Source: Octopus sinensis (lineage: Eukaryota). Taken from it: DNA of 64,000 nucleotides. The stretch is from assembly GCF_006345805.1 (NCBI RefSeq), contig NC_043013.1, forward strand, positions 51,336,001-51,400,000. Direction: 5' to 3'. Positions 43,650-55,822 of this stretch are shown here, piece by piece; the first letter of the stretch is position 1, and every line of letters begins with the position of its first letter. The position numbers were made by a program, and so were the translations under genes. The notes beneath the pieces are model-generated. The model was given only the letters and a program-made list of their open reading frames with translations. It searched no databases and had not been told where the DNA came from.

Positions 43650-43756
43650 ATTTCTTGCTGAAGAATCTGAGGGCCTATGGAAGATTGGCTTGATTTAATT
43701 TAATCAGGTTAGTTTACCATTAAACAGCAGATGAAACGGTGCATCGTACAAGAAAT
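43650..43756 (+). ncRNA. Type I hammerhead ribozyme with extended loop II
   Basis: atttcttg CTGAAGA atctg..cagat GAAA cgg tgca tcg TA caagaaat; predicted cleavage after 43748. Confidence 0.8.
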
Positions 43757-43944
43757 TACAGGGTAAATGTTTTTTAAATTTTCTCCTGTTTACGGAATTA
43801 ATCTTTATTGCGGTTGAAGCTTTGGCTGTTATTTCTAGTGGGTGAATGGCCTATCATGGCCGTTCCTTGATTGTTGATATATATATATATTATATATTAT
43901 ATATATATATATATGTGTGTGTGTGTGCATATTGGTTGATTGGT

Positions 43945-44360
43945 GGAGCGAGGTGGCAGAAACGTTAGCGCGCCAGACGAAAGGCTTAGCGGTATTTCGT
44001 CTGCCACTACGCTCTGAGTTCAAATTCCGTGGAGGTGTCGACATTGCCTTTCATCCTTTCGGTGTCGAAATATTAAGTGCCAGCTGCGTACTGGGGTCGA
44101 TCTAATCGACTAGTCACTTCCTCCAAAATTTCGGGCCTTGTGCCTAGAGTAGAAAGGTATCTTTTTTACGGCAAAGGCGACGACTTGGTAGAAAGGTTAG
44201 CACGCCGGACAAAATGCTTAGCGGTACTTGCGTCTGTCCTTACGTTCTGATTTCAAACTCCGCCGAGGTCAACTTTGCCTTTCATGCCTTTTGGGGTCGA
44301 TAAGATAAATACAAGATGAGTACTGATGTGGACGTCATCGACCTGCCCCTTTTCCCCCTG
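43945..44360 (+). mobile_element. Two adjacent SINE family A copies
   Basis: Heads at ~43945 and ~44173, each with GTTAGC.CGCC.GAC.AAA.GCTTAGCGGTA and a TTCAAA B-box-like motif. Confidence 0.8.
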
Positions 44361-44786
44361 TAATTGCTGTATTTTGTATGAAGTATATATCTAATACTCT
44401 ACGCCGAAATGCACTCTAAAATATTAATTCTCGGTGATATAATATGTAGAAGTGGTTAATATTTGTAGATTAAACTCCACTAATATAGACTTTAGTATTG
44501 CTTCTCTTGAAATATCCATGTGATTATTTCAATCATCCAATCAATATTTCCAAAATCAATAACTTCATATTTCATAGCTAGAGATCGAATTTATCGCAGT
44601 GACTGGTTGAATAAACCGTTAACAGTAGACTATATTAATTAAAACAAATTTTACAACGCATAACCTCTGCTGTTAATACTACTAATACGTTTAAAAAAAA
44701 TACGGTATTTCGGTGCACATTTACAAACAAGAATCGATATGAATTATTGTTATGAATATGTTTGTTTAATAGGAACAATACTTGCA

Positions 44787-45084
44787 CTTCATCGGTTACG
44801 ACGACCAGGGCTCGAGTTAATCCGATGAACGGAAAATAACATACAAGTGGCTGAGTATCCCACAGACAATCGTAACCTTAACGTAGTTTTCAGGGAGATT
44901 TCGCCGGACAGAGAATATGACCAGGCTGCGCTTAGAATTGCAGCCAGTATTCAGTTCTGCCCTCTAAATAGACTGGAGCAACGTGGAATAAAGTGTATTG
45001 CTCAGGGACAAAAAGCACTACCCAGGAATCGAACCCTCGACCTTATGGCCGTGAGCGGAATGCCATAACCGTTAAGACACGCGT
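44787..45084 (-). mobile_element. SINE family D with full tail
   Basis: GACTGGAGCAACGTGGAATAAAGTG...GGAATCGAACC; tail ATCGGTTACGACGACC shared with 63.9 kb. Confidence 0.7.
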
Positions 45085-45453
45085 CTTTTGTTTAACTATA
45101 GATAGCAATATCAATGACGGCCTGGATTAGTTCGGCCATTATCAACTCCTTGGTTGAGTAGACAATGGCGACACACCACATGACCTAATCGTATTTGAGG
45201 GAAATTTACCAGGTGGCGCTAGTGAGTTAGACATGTCCAGAAATATAACACTAAATTGATCTAAGCTTATTGAATACCTCTTGCTATATATATAATTAAA
45301 ATAAATAATTGCTTTATGATTGCTATATATGTATGATTGTATGTATGTATGTATGTATGTATGTATGTATGTATGTAGGTAGGTAGGTAGGTAAGTAGGT
45401 TTATATATGTGTGTATGTACATATATATTTAAATTGTCTATATGTATATCTAC

Positions 45454-45778
<325 letters not shown>

Positions 45779-45794
45779 ATATATATTTTTTTTT

Positions 45795-46380
45795 TTCAAC
45801 AATATTAAGGAATGGCCCTGATAGGCTATTCGACTCACCAGAAAGAGCAGCCAAACTCAAACTGCTAAATAGTAGTAATTCAGAAATCAAAGGAAAATCA
45901 AAAACATTTACCCTAATCATCCTTGGACAATGCATTGTTTCGACGTACTTTTTGGCAAACCAGCCTAATTAAATTAAATTTAATTTAATCAAGTCAATCT
46001 ACCACTGGCTCGTCTCATCGGCAAGGAATAAATATTCCTCCTGGCTTCCTTGCCGATGAGACGAGCCAGTGGTAGATTGACCTGATTAAATTAAATTAAA
46101 TTTAATTAGGCTGGTTTGCCAAAAAGTACGTCGAAACAATGCATTGTCCAAGGATGATTAGGGTAAATGTTTTTGATTTTCCTTTGATTTCTGAATTACT
46201 ACTATTTAGCAGTTTGAGTTTGGCTGCTCTTTCTGGTGAGTCGAATAGCCTATCAGGGCCATTCCTTAATATTGTTGAAATTATATATATATAGTCTGTT
46301 CCTATTTTCTCTTTCTGACTGGACCGCTAGTGGCGAAAAAAAATTCTATTGAATGTTTTGCTACCCTTGTATTGATTAAT
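45795..46380 (+). mobile_element. HHR fold-back element, copy 2
   Basis: ~235 bp arms 45795-46028 and 46046-46280; homologous to the 43 kb and 57 kb copies. Confidence 0.9.
46047..46154 (+). ncRNA. Type I hammerhead ribozyme (mirror copy 45920-46027 on minus strand)
   Basis: tccttg CCGATGA gacg..cgtc GAAA caa tgca ttg TC caagga; GUC site, predicted cleavage after 46148. Confidence 0.8.
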
Positions 46381-46431
46381 ATATACATATATATATATTT
46401 CTATTCCTGAGCGTTATACTAATACATCTGT

Positions 46432-46684
46432 TAACAGGTTAGCTTGGGAGGTTAAGCAGTTGTGGTTGCTGAAAGCCCTGGGAACAGTGAGTAAAATATT
46501 GAGAAGTATATGGAACAAATAGGGGCTGCAATAAAGGTGGATCGCTTTCAGAAAACAGCACTGCTTGGAACTGCTCCAATACAGCGGAAGGTGCTCGAAA
46601 AATAAGGTGCGTTACCTTAGTTCACTGGTAGTAAACAGCTGATACCATAGTACATCTCCAGCGTTAGAAGATGTGCAAAGACAA
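46432..46684 (+). mobile_element. R4/Dong-like LINE 3' end with TAA tail
   Basis: NRLAWEVKQLW...EKYMEQIG...QKTALLGTAPIQRKVLEK*. Confidence 0.8.
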
Positions 46685-46751
46685 TAAAATAATAATAATA
46701 ATAATAACATTAATAAATCTCTGAACGAGATGTAAACAGTAACTGCTCGAC

Positions 46752-46970
46752 AACGTAAAGTATACTAGCCATCTCAATAGGGCTAACCACTAAGTCCGTG
46801 CGTATCATCTAGGTTGACGAGAGAGGAATGACCTCCCTTTGCAAATAGCATAAGAGCACAGAAAGTGTGCCTAAGGCCAGCTGGAGACGATGATCTCCTG
46901 GGGCTAAAAGCTACAGTAACACCCACCCTTAGTGGTTAGCCATATTGAGATGGCTAGTATACTTTACGTT
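46752..46970. repeat. Inverted repeat (~43 bp arms, ~130 bp spacer)
   Basis: AACGTAAAGTATACTAGCCATCTCAATA..GCTAACCACTAAG / CTTAGTGGTTAGC..TATTGAGATGGCTAGTATACTTTACGTT. Confidence 0.8.
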
Positions 46971-46977
46971 AATAATA

Positions 46978-47126
46978 ACATTCCTTTCTATTAAAGGCAC
47001 AAGGCCTGAAATTTTATTGGTACTTAATTTGTCGAGCCTGAAAGGATGGAAGGCAAAGTTAAACCCGGGGAAATACCGCCAAGCATTTCGCCTGTCGTGC
47101 TAACGATTTTGACAGCTCGCCGCCTT
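46978..47126 (-). mobile_element. SINE family A, internally deleted
   Basis: GGCACAAGGCCTGAAATT...GAAAGGATGGAAGGCAAAG...CAGCTCGCCGCCTT. Confidence 0.75.
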
Positions 47127-47145
47127 CGTAATAATAATAATAATG

Positions 47146-47211
<66 letters not shown>

Positions 47212-47214
<3 letters not shown>

Positions 47215-47517
47215 AAAGACCTGGAAATAGAGGTAACTAGAATGTGGAACCTAAAAACAGAAACAATTCCTATCATAGTAGGTGCATTAGGCATGATAAA
47301 AAAATATTCAGACAAATACATAACAAAAACACCAGGACTTACAAACACATATAACATACAGAAAATTGCACTACTAGGCACTGCACACATCCTACGCAGA
47401 ACACTTTCCATACAATAACCATCAGAGCATCACAACAAATCACAGCACATACCCAAGGCACACAGAGCTGCGCTCGGTAGTGAAGTGAAAGCACGCTATA
47501 AAAATAAAACTACTGAA
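47212..47517 (+). mobile_element. R4/Dong-like LINE 3' end inserted within (TAA)n
   Basis: Uninterrupted YKDLEIEVTRMWNLKTETIPIIVGALGMIKK...IQKIALLGTAHILRRTLSIQ* plus 3' UTR; TAA on both sides. Confidence 0.85.
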
Positions 47518-47540
47518 TAATAATAATAATAATAATAAAT

Positions 47541-48093
47541 TGCCCTGATGCAGTACCAGGCAGTGGCTCTCATGGCTTCTGATCTTAACTGATTGGAAGT
47601 GTTATCATGTACATTGTTTTGTCTTGGTATAAAAGATGGGCTACAGCAAATATTCTGCTCAATACCACAAATTTGCTTGTCAGTTGTTTGACCTTAATCA
47701 GTTGAGCATGTCCCTTAGTGGCTGACGATATGTGCATCTCTGATCACGAGCAGAAGTAGTGGGGGAGCATCATAGCCATGTGTTGAGAGGGATTCTTTGG
47801 GGTTGAATAGTTCACCTCTGGAAACATGGGTGGTTCTTTCAACATCCTTAAGCAACCCTTATTCAGGGACCGTTTGAGCGGGATGGGCTACTCACCTGAA
47901 GAAAATTCTAACTGGGCCCCACCTGCAAGGTCATGTGCTGTTTATCTTGATATGAGATCACCATGTCGCGCACATATGGTTGTGATGCATGTGCCTGGTG
48001 TACCTTTATCAGACGGGTAGTCATGATGGGTATATTGGGCTTCGTATATTTTACCCCAGTGTCACTTTGATGGCATGAACTGCTCTCTCACTC
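47541..48093 (+). mobile_element. Family B repeat, longest copy
   Basis: TGCCCTGATGCAGTACCAGG...CTGCTCTCTCACTC between TAA runs. Confidence 0.85.
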
Positions 48094-49429
48094 AATTATA
48101 AAAATGATAATAATGATAATAATGATAATAATAATAATAGTAATAATAATAATAGTAATAATAATAATTACTAATAATTAAATTTTAATGAGATTTGAAG
48201 TCAAAATTTAGTAGTAAGAAAGTTTATGTTTTATAAGCATTCAACCTGATGGTATACTTTGTTAAAAAAATAACTGCACCATCTTCCTGTTTAGACCTGT
48301 GTCAAGATGGAAGAGCGGATGGCAAGTTTTATTTCATGGAAAGGGAGAAAATATATAATAGCATTTGATAAGGTATAGTGTTTCGTAGGACACATCTGCT
48401 ATTTGTTTGAGTCTGTCATAAGACATGTTCCTGGCTTCCTTCCTAAACTTTCTGCAGTTTATAGTGAGCCAGAACTCTCTATTTTTCGTTTTTGTATATT
48501 TTCGATCTACTAGGAAGAATTTCAACATTTTAAAAAACGAATTACTAAAAGAAAAACCACAAAATTAGCCAGAAGCTAAAACTCTAGCATTATTCATCTC
48601 TTTGATAACTTCCATGAATTCTTATTTTCAAAGGCCATTTTGATATATTATCTTGTATATACGTCTGGCACTACCATTTGGTCTGAATTAGTTGAGAGTA
48701 TTTTTGGATGGACGTTGGCGTATTGTCACGTGATTTTTCAGCTTATGATATGTATTTTAGTGTCTTTGTTTGGTTGTTTGTTGTAAAACCTTAACCAACT
48801 TCCGTTTTCTCAGCTACGATACGATACGAATGACACAACATGTCTTTACACGTGTTATTCTGTTTTATTCTGTTTTATATATCATTGTAAGATGCAGACG
48901 ATTCTCTTAATAGGAGGCTGTCTTGCAAGATGAAGGCTGGATGACATGTTTTATGTCATCGGTGCTGTGCCGTGTTCATAGCCATTAAGATCCAAATATT
49001 TTTTTCCACTGGCATCATTCCCTAAGCATGTATATCATCATTCCTTTACGTTTATGCGACTACAGTGCTATAACTTGGTTGAATGGCCTAATATAAATAA
49101 CGACCAAATACCTTTAAAATATATTCTAACGTATTTTAAAATAGAGCGAGCTGGATATTATATCCGCAGATGAACTGTATTCAAAAGAAAAGCAGAACGG
49201 TTAAGAACGGAACTCTTTTTATCATGATGCTGTTTGATCAAAATTAAACTAGTGTTTCGTGCGTTGCGTTTGTTTTTAAAAGCTTCATTCGAGTGTGTGG
49301 AAAACATTTTTTGAACCTTTTGGAGGCCCTGAGAACTGTGGAAAGAAAGAAAGAAAGACGGGATATTAAAACTCTCAAACTGGGCCAAAAATGCTTCTTT
49401 AGACTACTAAAGACGCTTGAGAACCAGAC

Positions 49430-49657
49430 GGTTGTGCTAACCAGGTCAGTGGACGCTTACGTTAACCCGGGCAGTGGATGGCTGCGTTAAATTGCGCAGT
49501 GGACAGCTGCATTACTCCGGTCAGTGGATCGTTGTGTTAACCTGGGCAGTGGTGGATGGCTGTGTTAATCTGGGTATCAGATGGCTGTTTTAAGCTGGAC
49601 TGCAGATAGATGTGTTCATTCGGAAATCAAATGGCTGTGTTAATCTGGGTGCTGGAT
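49430..49657. repeat. Degenerate 25 bp minisatellite, about 9 units
   Basis: Consensus GGCTGTGTTAAYCTGGGCAGTGGAT. Confidence 0.8.
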
Positions 49658-50276
49658 TCAGCCTACTACACGCTTGCTTCTACGACTCTAGTAACAGGCT
49701 TCACGCTGATTCCGTCCACCATTTTTTCTCGTATTAGCTTGTGGTAACAGTAGAGAGTAAAAGACGATCACCCCAAAATGTCTCCCGATCTAGGAGTAAA
49801 CCAACGACCACGTAGTTCGAAAGCTGTCTTCTTAACCACTCGTTTGTATCTACACTCGATAACATTCAAATGTTCGTCCTAATTCTATCATGAAATAATG
49901 GAAATCTCTCGCAAGTTGGCCAGTGTAAACATTCTTCTCTGAGTCCGTTATTGAATTGTTCATTAGGGATTTAATTAAACAATGGTTAATTACACCTAAC
50001 TCTATCATTGCAACCAATGTCTTCAACGTACTGTTCAGTTGCTTGTATTATCAATGAATGGCTTTGTGGATAAGAAGACTGCTTCGGAACCATGTTGTCT
50101 CGAGTTCAATCTTATCGTGCAGCACTTTGTCTAACGCTGTTGAATGATTTTAATAAGTGGAAAATGTTCGGAACGCTGTCGTGTACATGTATGGGTGTAC
50201 ATATAAATATATTTATTAATGTGCATGTGTACGTGTATATCTGTGTACATATGTATATATTTATACATACATGCAT

Positions 50277-50302
<26 letters not shown>

Positions 50303-50307
<5 letters not shown>

Positions 50308-50431
50308 TTTATAGAAGGAGCTTCTACAGGACTAGAACTGTTTCATTCAGATGAAATCTTCAGGAGCTTCCTGAAGATTTCATTTGAATGAAGCAGTTCT
50401 AGTCCTGTAGAAGCTCCTTCTATAAAATAAA
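50303..50431. repeat. Near-perfect palindrome with hammerhead core in each arm
   Basis: TTTATTTTATAGAAGGAGCTTCTACAGG...CCTGTAGAAGCTCCTTCTATAAAATAAA; arms read CTGAAGA tttca..tgaat GAA(A/G) cag..agTC. Confidence 0.8.
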
Positions 50432-50706
50432 TTAATTTACTCAGCTATGTATTGAGTACCTTATTTACTGTGGTTAACCCCGACTCAACCCGGGACCTAC
50501 ATATATATATATATATATATAATAATCAATATTAGGGAATAAATCCAAATTTACAGGGAAAAATCAGATTTAGGTCTGAATCCAATTTTATAGTAAAATA
50601 TTATATAATATTAATTAGAGACAAAACCACTATTATGCAAATCAAACAAAGAAAGACTTAATCCAATACATAAAAATTTTATATAAATTAAATAAAATTA
50701 AATTCG

Positions 50707-50752
50707 CCACTACAATTGTTTCGTGTCTCTTCTAAGGACATTCATCAGGTGG
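50707..50752 (-). ncRNA. Minimal type I hammerhead with canonical core
   Basis: Minus strand ccac CTGATGA atgtc..gacac GAAA c aatt g TA gtgg. Confidence 0.7.
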
Positions 50753-51512
50753 TATTCAGATCTTCTATTCAATTTTAAGTTATGAAGTCATAACTTCATA
50801 ACTTTTCTCAATGTTCAGAGAACTCAAGGTTACATTATCCAACGGGCAAGATGCTAGGACCAAATATAAAGATGTAATCTACATGTCTCTTCCTCACATT
50901 GGCTTCTGTTTCAGTAAAGGGAAACTGGAATAAAAGAGAATTGTATGTCCACGAGATTTAAGTTAGACATTTGACTAATTCCCCGGTGGGATGGTGTAAA
51001 AGACACAATGCGTTCTCTAAAATATTAGCAACACCAAGTGCTTATGACGTGAACAAATTGCTGTAACTGGATTAGCTGTTCTACTAAAAGCAAGCCGGAA
51101 ATGAAGCCTTACAGTTTTGTGATAATGCAAACTGTGTAGATTATTTTGGGTCCATACTCCGCTAAACGAAAACTCGCTAGAGGTTTTACAAGATATTTCT
51201 GGTAGAATTGCTACCGGACCAAGACAGAAGTGTGATTCCGTATTTTATAATATGTTATAAGCTTTAACACTACATCATCTCTTCTTCTGTACTTAAGCGG
51301 CCATGTAATAGCTAAAGTTCATTAACTCGAGTTTATTTCTCCCTCTCGGTTGTCCTAGAAACTGGTTGGACCATGAATAATTCCTACGACGTACCGTACA
51401 CCTATGTGAAGCACCGTTAATCAAGCACTTATTTAAGTTTCGATCGAATTTCATTGAAATTAAAAGGTGTGCTTCGAGAAGTCCCAAGTGAGAGAAAAGA
51501 CTAGAAGGCATC

Positions 51513-51713
51513 TGTTTCTTTACTACGAACAAGGGGCTAAACATAGAGGGGACAAACAAGGACAGACAAACGGATTAAGTCGATTACATCGACCCCGAAA
51601 GGATGAAAGGCAAAGACGACATCGGCGGAATTTGAACTCACAACGTAACGGCAGACGAAATACGGCTACGCATTTCGCCCGGCGTGCTAACGGTTCTGCC
51701 AGCTCGCCGCCTT
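51513..51713 (-). mobile_element. SINE family A
   Basis: Matches the 6.5 kb copy, with loss of the segment between the two ATCGACCCC repeats. Confidence 0.85.
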
Positions 51714-52581
51714 CAAGATGAGAACGCATCATCTACACGGACGATATCTCGATGGACTCAGTTGTTTTTAATTGAGGTTTGTAAAAGCTCTTATGGAAAC
51801 AAACAGATTTCATGAAAACCAGTAATTCAATATAAGTCACGTAGATATTTTTTCGTAAAATTGAAAGTTCGCAATGTTGTTTCTCAGTATAGAGGCAATT
51901 TATCAGATACTTAAGCACTTGTAATTCACTCCTTCCTACACGAAAAGTTTTCCACCCTCGGTTTAGTTTATTAATAATACAGTACAATTTAGATCACCCT
52001 TGGTTTAAAGGGTCACTAATTCAGTAATTAAGATCTCTGAGCATTGAATAATTAACAGTTCTCATTCAGGCACTGCCTTCCCCACTGACTTAAATAAACT
52101 TCAATGCTTATTTCTAGTGGTGACTACTTAAATTTATTTAAAACTAGGTGAAGTTATGAAACACGGTAAGCTTTAGTAGTAAAACATGTACTAAAGTGCT
52201 ATTGTCACGTTTACTTTTACTCATTAATTATTATCACATTTCATTAACTGCTTATTAGGGTACCATTATTGTAACACCTTATTAGCTAATTATTCTCATA
52301 ACATCATGTAATTAACATACAAACTATTTGTATAATCAATTGTTAAGGACCATTCACACTATAAAGAACGGATTAGAGGAATATTGTCGCTATGGCATGG
52401 CATGAAGTCTAGCAAAACATGCATATATGCATGTATGTAAGCATGTGTGTATGCATGTATGTAAGCATGTGTGTATGCATGTATACATATACATACACAC
52501 ACACACATATATATATATATATACACAGGCATACACAAATATATATATGTATATATGTCCATATATATACATATATATATA

Positions 52582-52626
<45 letters not shown>

Positions 52627-53622
52627 TATATATGCACATGTATTTGCTATAGCATATGAAGTCTCCCACCACATATATGTATGTATCTTCATGTGCCTTA
52701 TGTACGTATATGTATATAAAAGTATATATAAATGCACAAACAATCACACACACACATACACACCCACACACACATACCATTACCAACAGAGCACCCTGTA
52801 TAATTAAACCCTAAACGATTCAATGCAGTGTGCGGTCGACATATATATTGTTCCATTACACCGCACACTGTGCTGTAATTGGTGCTGTAAACACCATACT
52901 ATAACGCAAATATGACATCACACCACATGACAAAGTATGCATGTGTATGTATGTATATATATATGTGTGTGTGTGTGTTTGATTGTGTGTATGTATGTGG
53001 TCTGCTAAGCCATTTATGCTGTAGTTAGCTGTTTACAGGGCCACTGCTTACACTACGGTGTGCGGTCTACTGGAACAATGTAAGTATTATACAAGTAGAC
53101 CGCACGCTATAGTAAATTCGAAAGATCAGTGTTCCAGTCAAAACAGGTGCAAGTTGATTAATAACTAATGTCAACAACGGCAAAATAAATAACGAAAATT
53201 GATCTCTCTTAGAAGTATGCGAAATGTATAAACGATAGCTTTGCTGTAGAACTGCATTTAGGAACGGTTGGGTGTAGTGTTGCAAGAATATACACCGTAT
53301 CACTAGACTCAGTAATGAAAATTTTAAATTGGAGAAAATTTTGTGGCTTATTTTTTGTCTTAAATATTTATTAATAAATAAATAGACATAGCTGAACATT
53401 CAGTGATATCGTTTCCATGGATTCTGGTTATATAATCGCCTTTCTATTTTGGTGTGCATGTGTCAGATATTGTAAGCTGGTTTCGTATTTACTCTCTGTT
53501 CCAACATTAACTAATTTCACATTTTTACATAGCTTTCTACAAACCCTTTGTGTATAAATATCGTATATACATATATACATATGTACACACACACACAAAC
53601 ATATATATATATATATATAAAC

Positions 53623-53667
<45 letters not shown>

Positions 53668-53789
53668 ATATATATTATATAATATATATATATATATATA
53701 ACATATATATATATATACATATATATATATGTACATACATACATATATAAAAACACTCACTCACACGTATGTATGTATGTATCTATCAA

Positions 53790-53841
<52 letters not shown>

Positions 53842-53842
<1 letters not shown>

Positions 53843-54008
53843 GGCACAGGCTTGGGTATGCGGTAACAGGCTGGAAATCAAGCCTGTTACATAGTTTGGG
53901 GTTCGGTTCCACTGTGTGGCACCTTGGGCAGGTATCTTCTACTATAGGCTCGGACCGATCAAAATCTTGTGAGTAGATTTGGTAGAGGGAAACTGAAAGA
54001 ATCCTATC

Positions 54009-54012
<4 letters not shown>
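53842..54012 (+). mobile_element. SINE family C head
   Basis: GGTTCGGTTCCACTGTGTGGCACCTTGGGCAGGTATCTTCTACTATAG...GGAAACTGAAAGAA; ACCTTGGGCA resembles a CORE-SINE motif. Confidence 0.7.
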
Positions 54013-54049
<37 letters not shown>

Positions 54050-55659
54050 AACCAAAACATACCTTTGTTATCGAGTATTTATCTGACCAAACTAAATTCT
54101 TAAATTCTAATTAAGAAGAGGAACATGCTAGTTCACATATATGTTTATGAATTCTGTATGCCTTAAATATAGCGGTTCCCATTAAAACATTACTTTTAAA
54201 TGCATCAATCATTGTTCTTCCTCGAGAAGGGAACACATATGTACACTACGTTACCAAAGTTAGACGCCATCACGTGGTGGTTGCTACGTGGAACACAAAT
54301 TGACGTAAAAGCTTCTAAAAAGTAAAATGAAATATGGTTATGTAAGATCCCAGCAAGTTTAGTTAAATCATACGGAAATTGCATTAGCCATTTAATCTCA
54401 TCACGCTGATAAAAAAAAAATAGATAATAAAATAAAAGCATTAAGCATTGATAACGAAGTGAATTTATTCTCATCTGTGAACCGCGATGCTACATCAATG
54501 ACTTTCTAATGACGTTTAATGATAGATACATTAAAGAAATGGATTGAATTATAACAGCGGAGTTACTTACGTAACCTACATGTTATCTGTAAGTGCTAAC
54601 CTCGTAGCCATGTTATATTTCGGTATCACCAGACCGAATTTTATTTCGGTTCGAAAAGATACTGAATTAATTAAGACTTTATCTAAATAGCGCTAATGAA
54701 GTATTTCTTGCTGACGAGGGAAGCTGACAGCGATCGTTTATTTCTGAAAATTCTAAATATGAGATAAATAGATTTGAGTAAAAAAAAATAAAATAAAATG
54801 ATGGCTAAGAAAATTTATATTAAAGATGTGTAATTTAAATTTTTTTTTCTAATATAGGTTTCTTTTGACGCGTAATAAATGTTCTAAATTATTTAATAGA
54901 AGGGTAGAATATAACAATTTGTTCAATTCATAGTTTTTCTCTCATATTTACTGACGTTAGTGAAATATAAAGTCTTCAATCAGCTCTGCCTGCCGGATAT
55001 AGGTTTCCCAGACGACACTCTTCCCTGTGGGGTACCGCAATTCTCCGGAGTTCGTAATTGTTACAAAATACTTCCAACAAGTTCATAAACGCATTAAGAT
55101 GATGAAAATAGGTGCTCCTCTTCACCACACTTTCAAAATATGATGAATCAATGAAAATTGGAATTACGAAATATAATTTCATTTATTTATGCATTTTTTG
55201 TTGTTATTTTGTTAAATTTTGATATAGTCTTTTGTTATTCCCTGTTTTCAATCATTGGACTGCCGCCATACTGGAGCAGCTCTTTCAAGAATTTAGCCGA
55301 AAAAATCGAACTCTCTAGTCCTGTTTTATGTCTGGTACATATTTTATCAATTCTCTGACAAACCACTAAGTTACGGACAGCATAATTAAAATAATACCAT
55401 ATTGCAAGAAATTAGAAACGCACAAAAGCGCGCAGGTGCATTATATTAATATACACTCACATACACTTATATATATATTTATATGACGCGCTTCAGTTCA
55501 GTTTCCATCTAAAAAATTCACCCACAAGACATTTGTAGGCTAGATTTTCGTTCCCACCTCATATTTTTAATCTCATTTTCTGTTGTGGAGTTAGATTCAA
55601 ATTTCCAAACAGTGTGTGTGTGTGAGAGAGAGAGAGAGACAGAGACAGACAAAGTAGAG

Positions 55660-55808
55660 CTGTTCACGTCCCTGTAACTTAGTGGTTCGGCAAATGGATA
55701 CGATAGAATGAATATCGGACTTAGATATAAGTCTTGCGGATGATTTTTCGATTTCACCCTGCAACACGATACTCCAGCACGACTGCTTTCCAATGACTAA
55801 AAGAAGAT
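55660..55808 (+). mobile_element. SINE family C tail, degraded
   Basis: CGTCCCTGTAACTTAGTGGTTCGGCAAA...CTCCAGCACGACTGC..AATGACT. Confidence 0.6.
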
Positions 55809-55822
55809 ATAAGGTAGAACAA

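Larger units (their letters stand above)
42888..43878 (+). mobile_element. HHR fold-back/tandem element, copy 1 (488 bp period)
   Basis: Inverted arm 42888-43272; forward 43273-43878 with GGGTAAATG repeated at 43273 and 43761; (TA)n on both sides. Confidence 0.9.

Noticed and set aside
49430-49657. CRISPR-like array
   Set aside because: Contiguous degenerate tandem units with no unique spacers, in a eukaryotic context with no cas genes
54702-54755. ATTTCTTGCTGACGAG resembling the 43 kb HHR 5' half
   Set aside because: No matching stem II, stem III or 3' stem I strand
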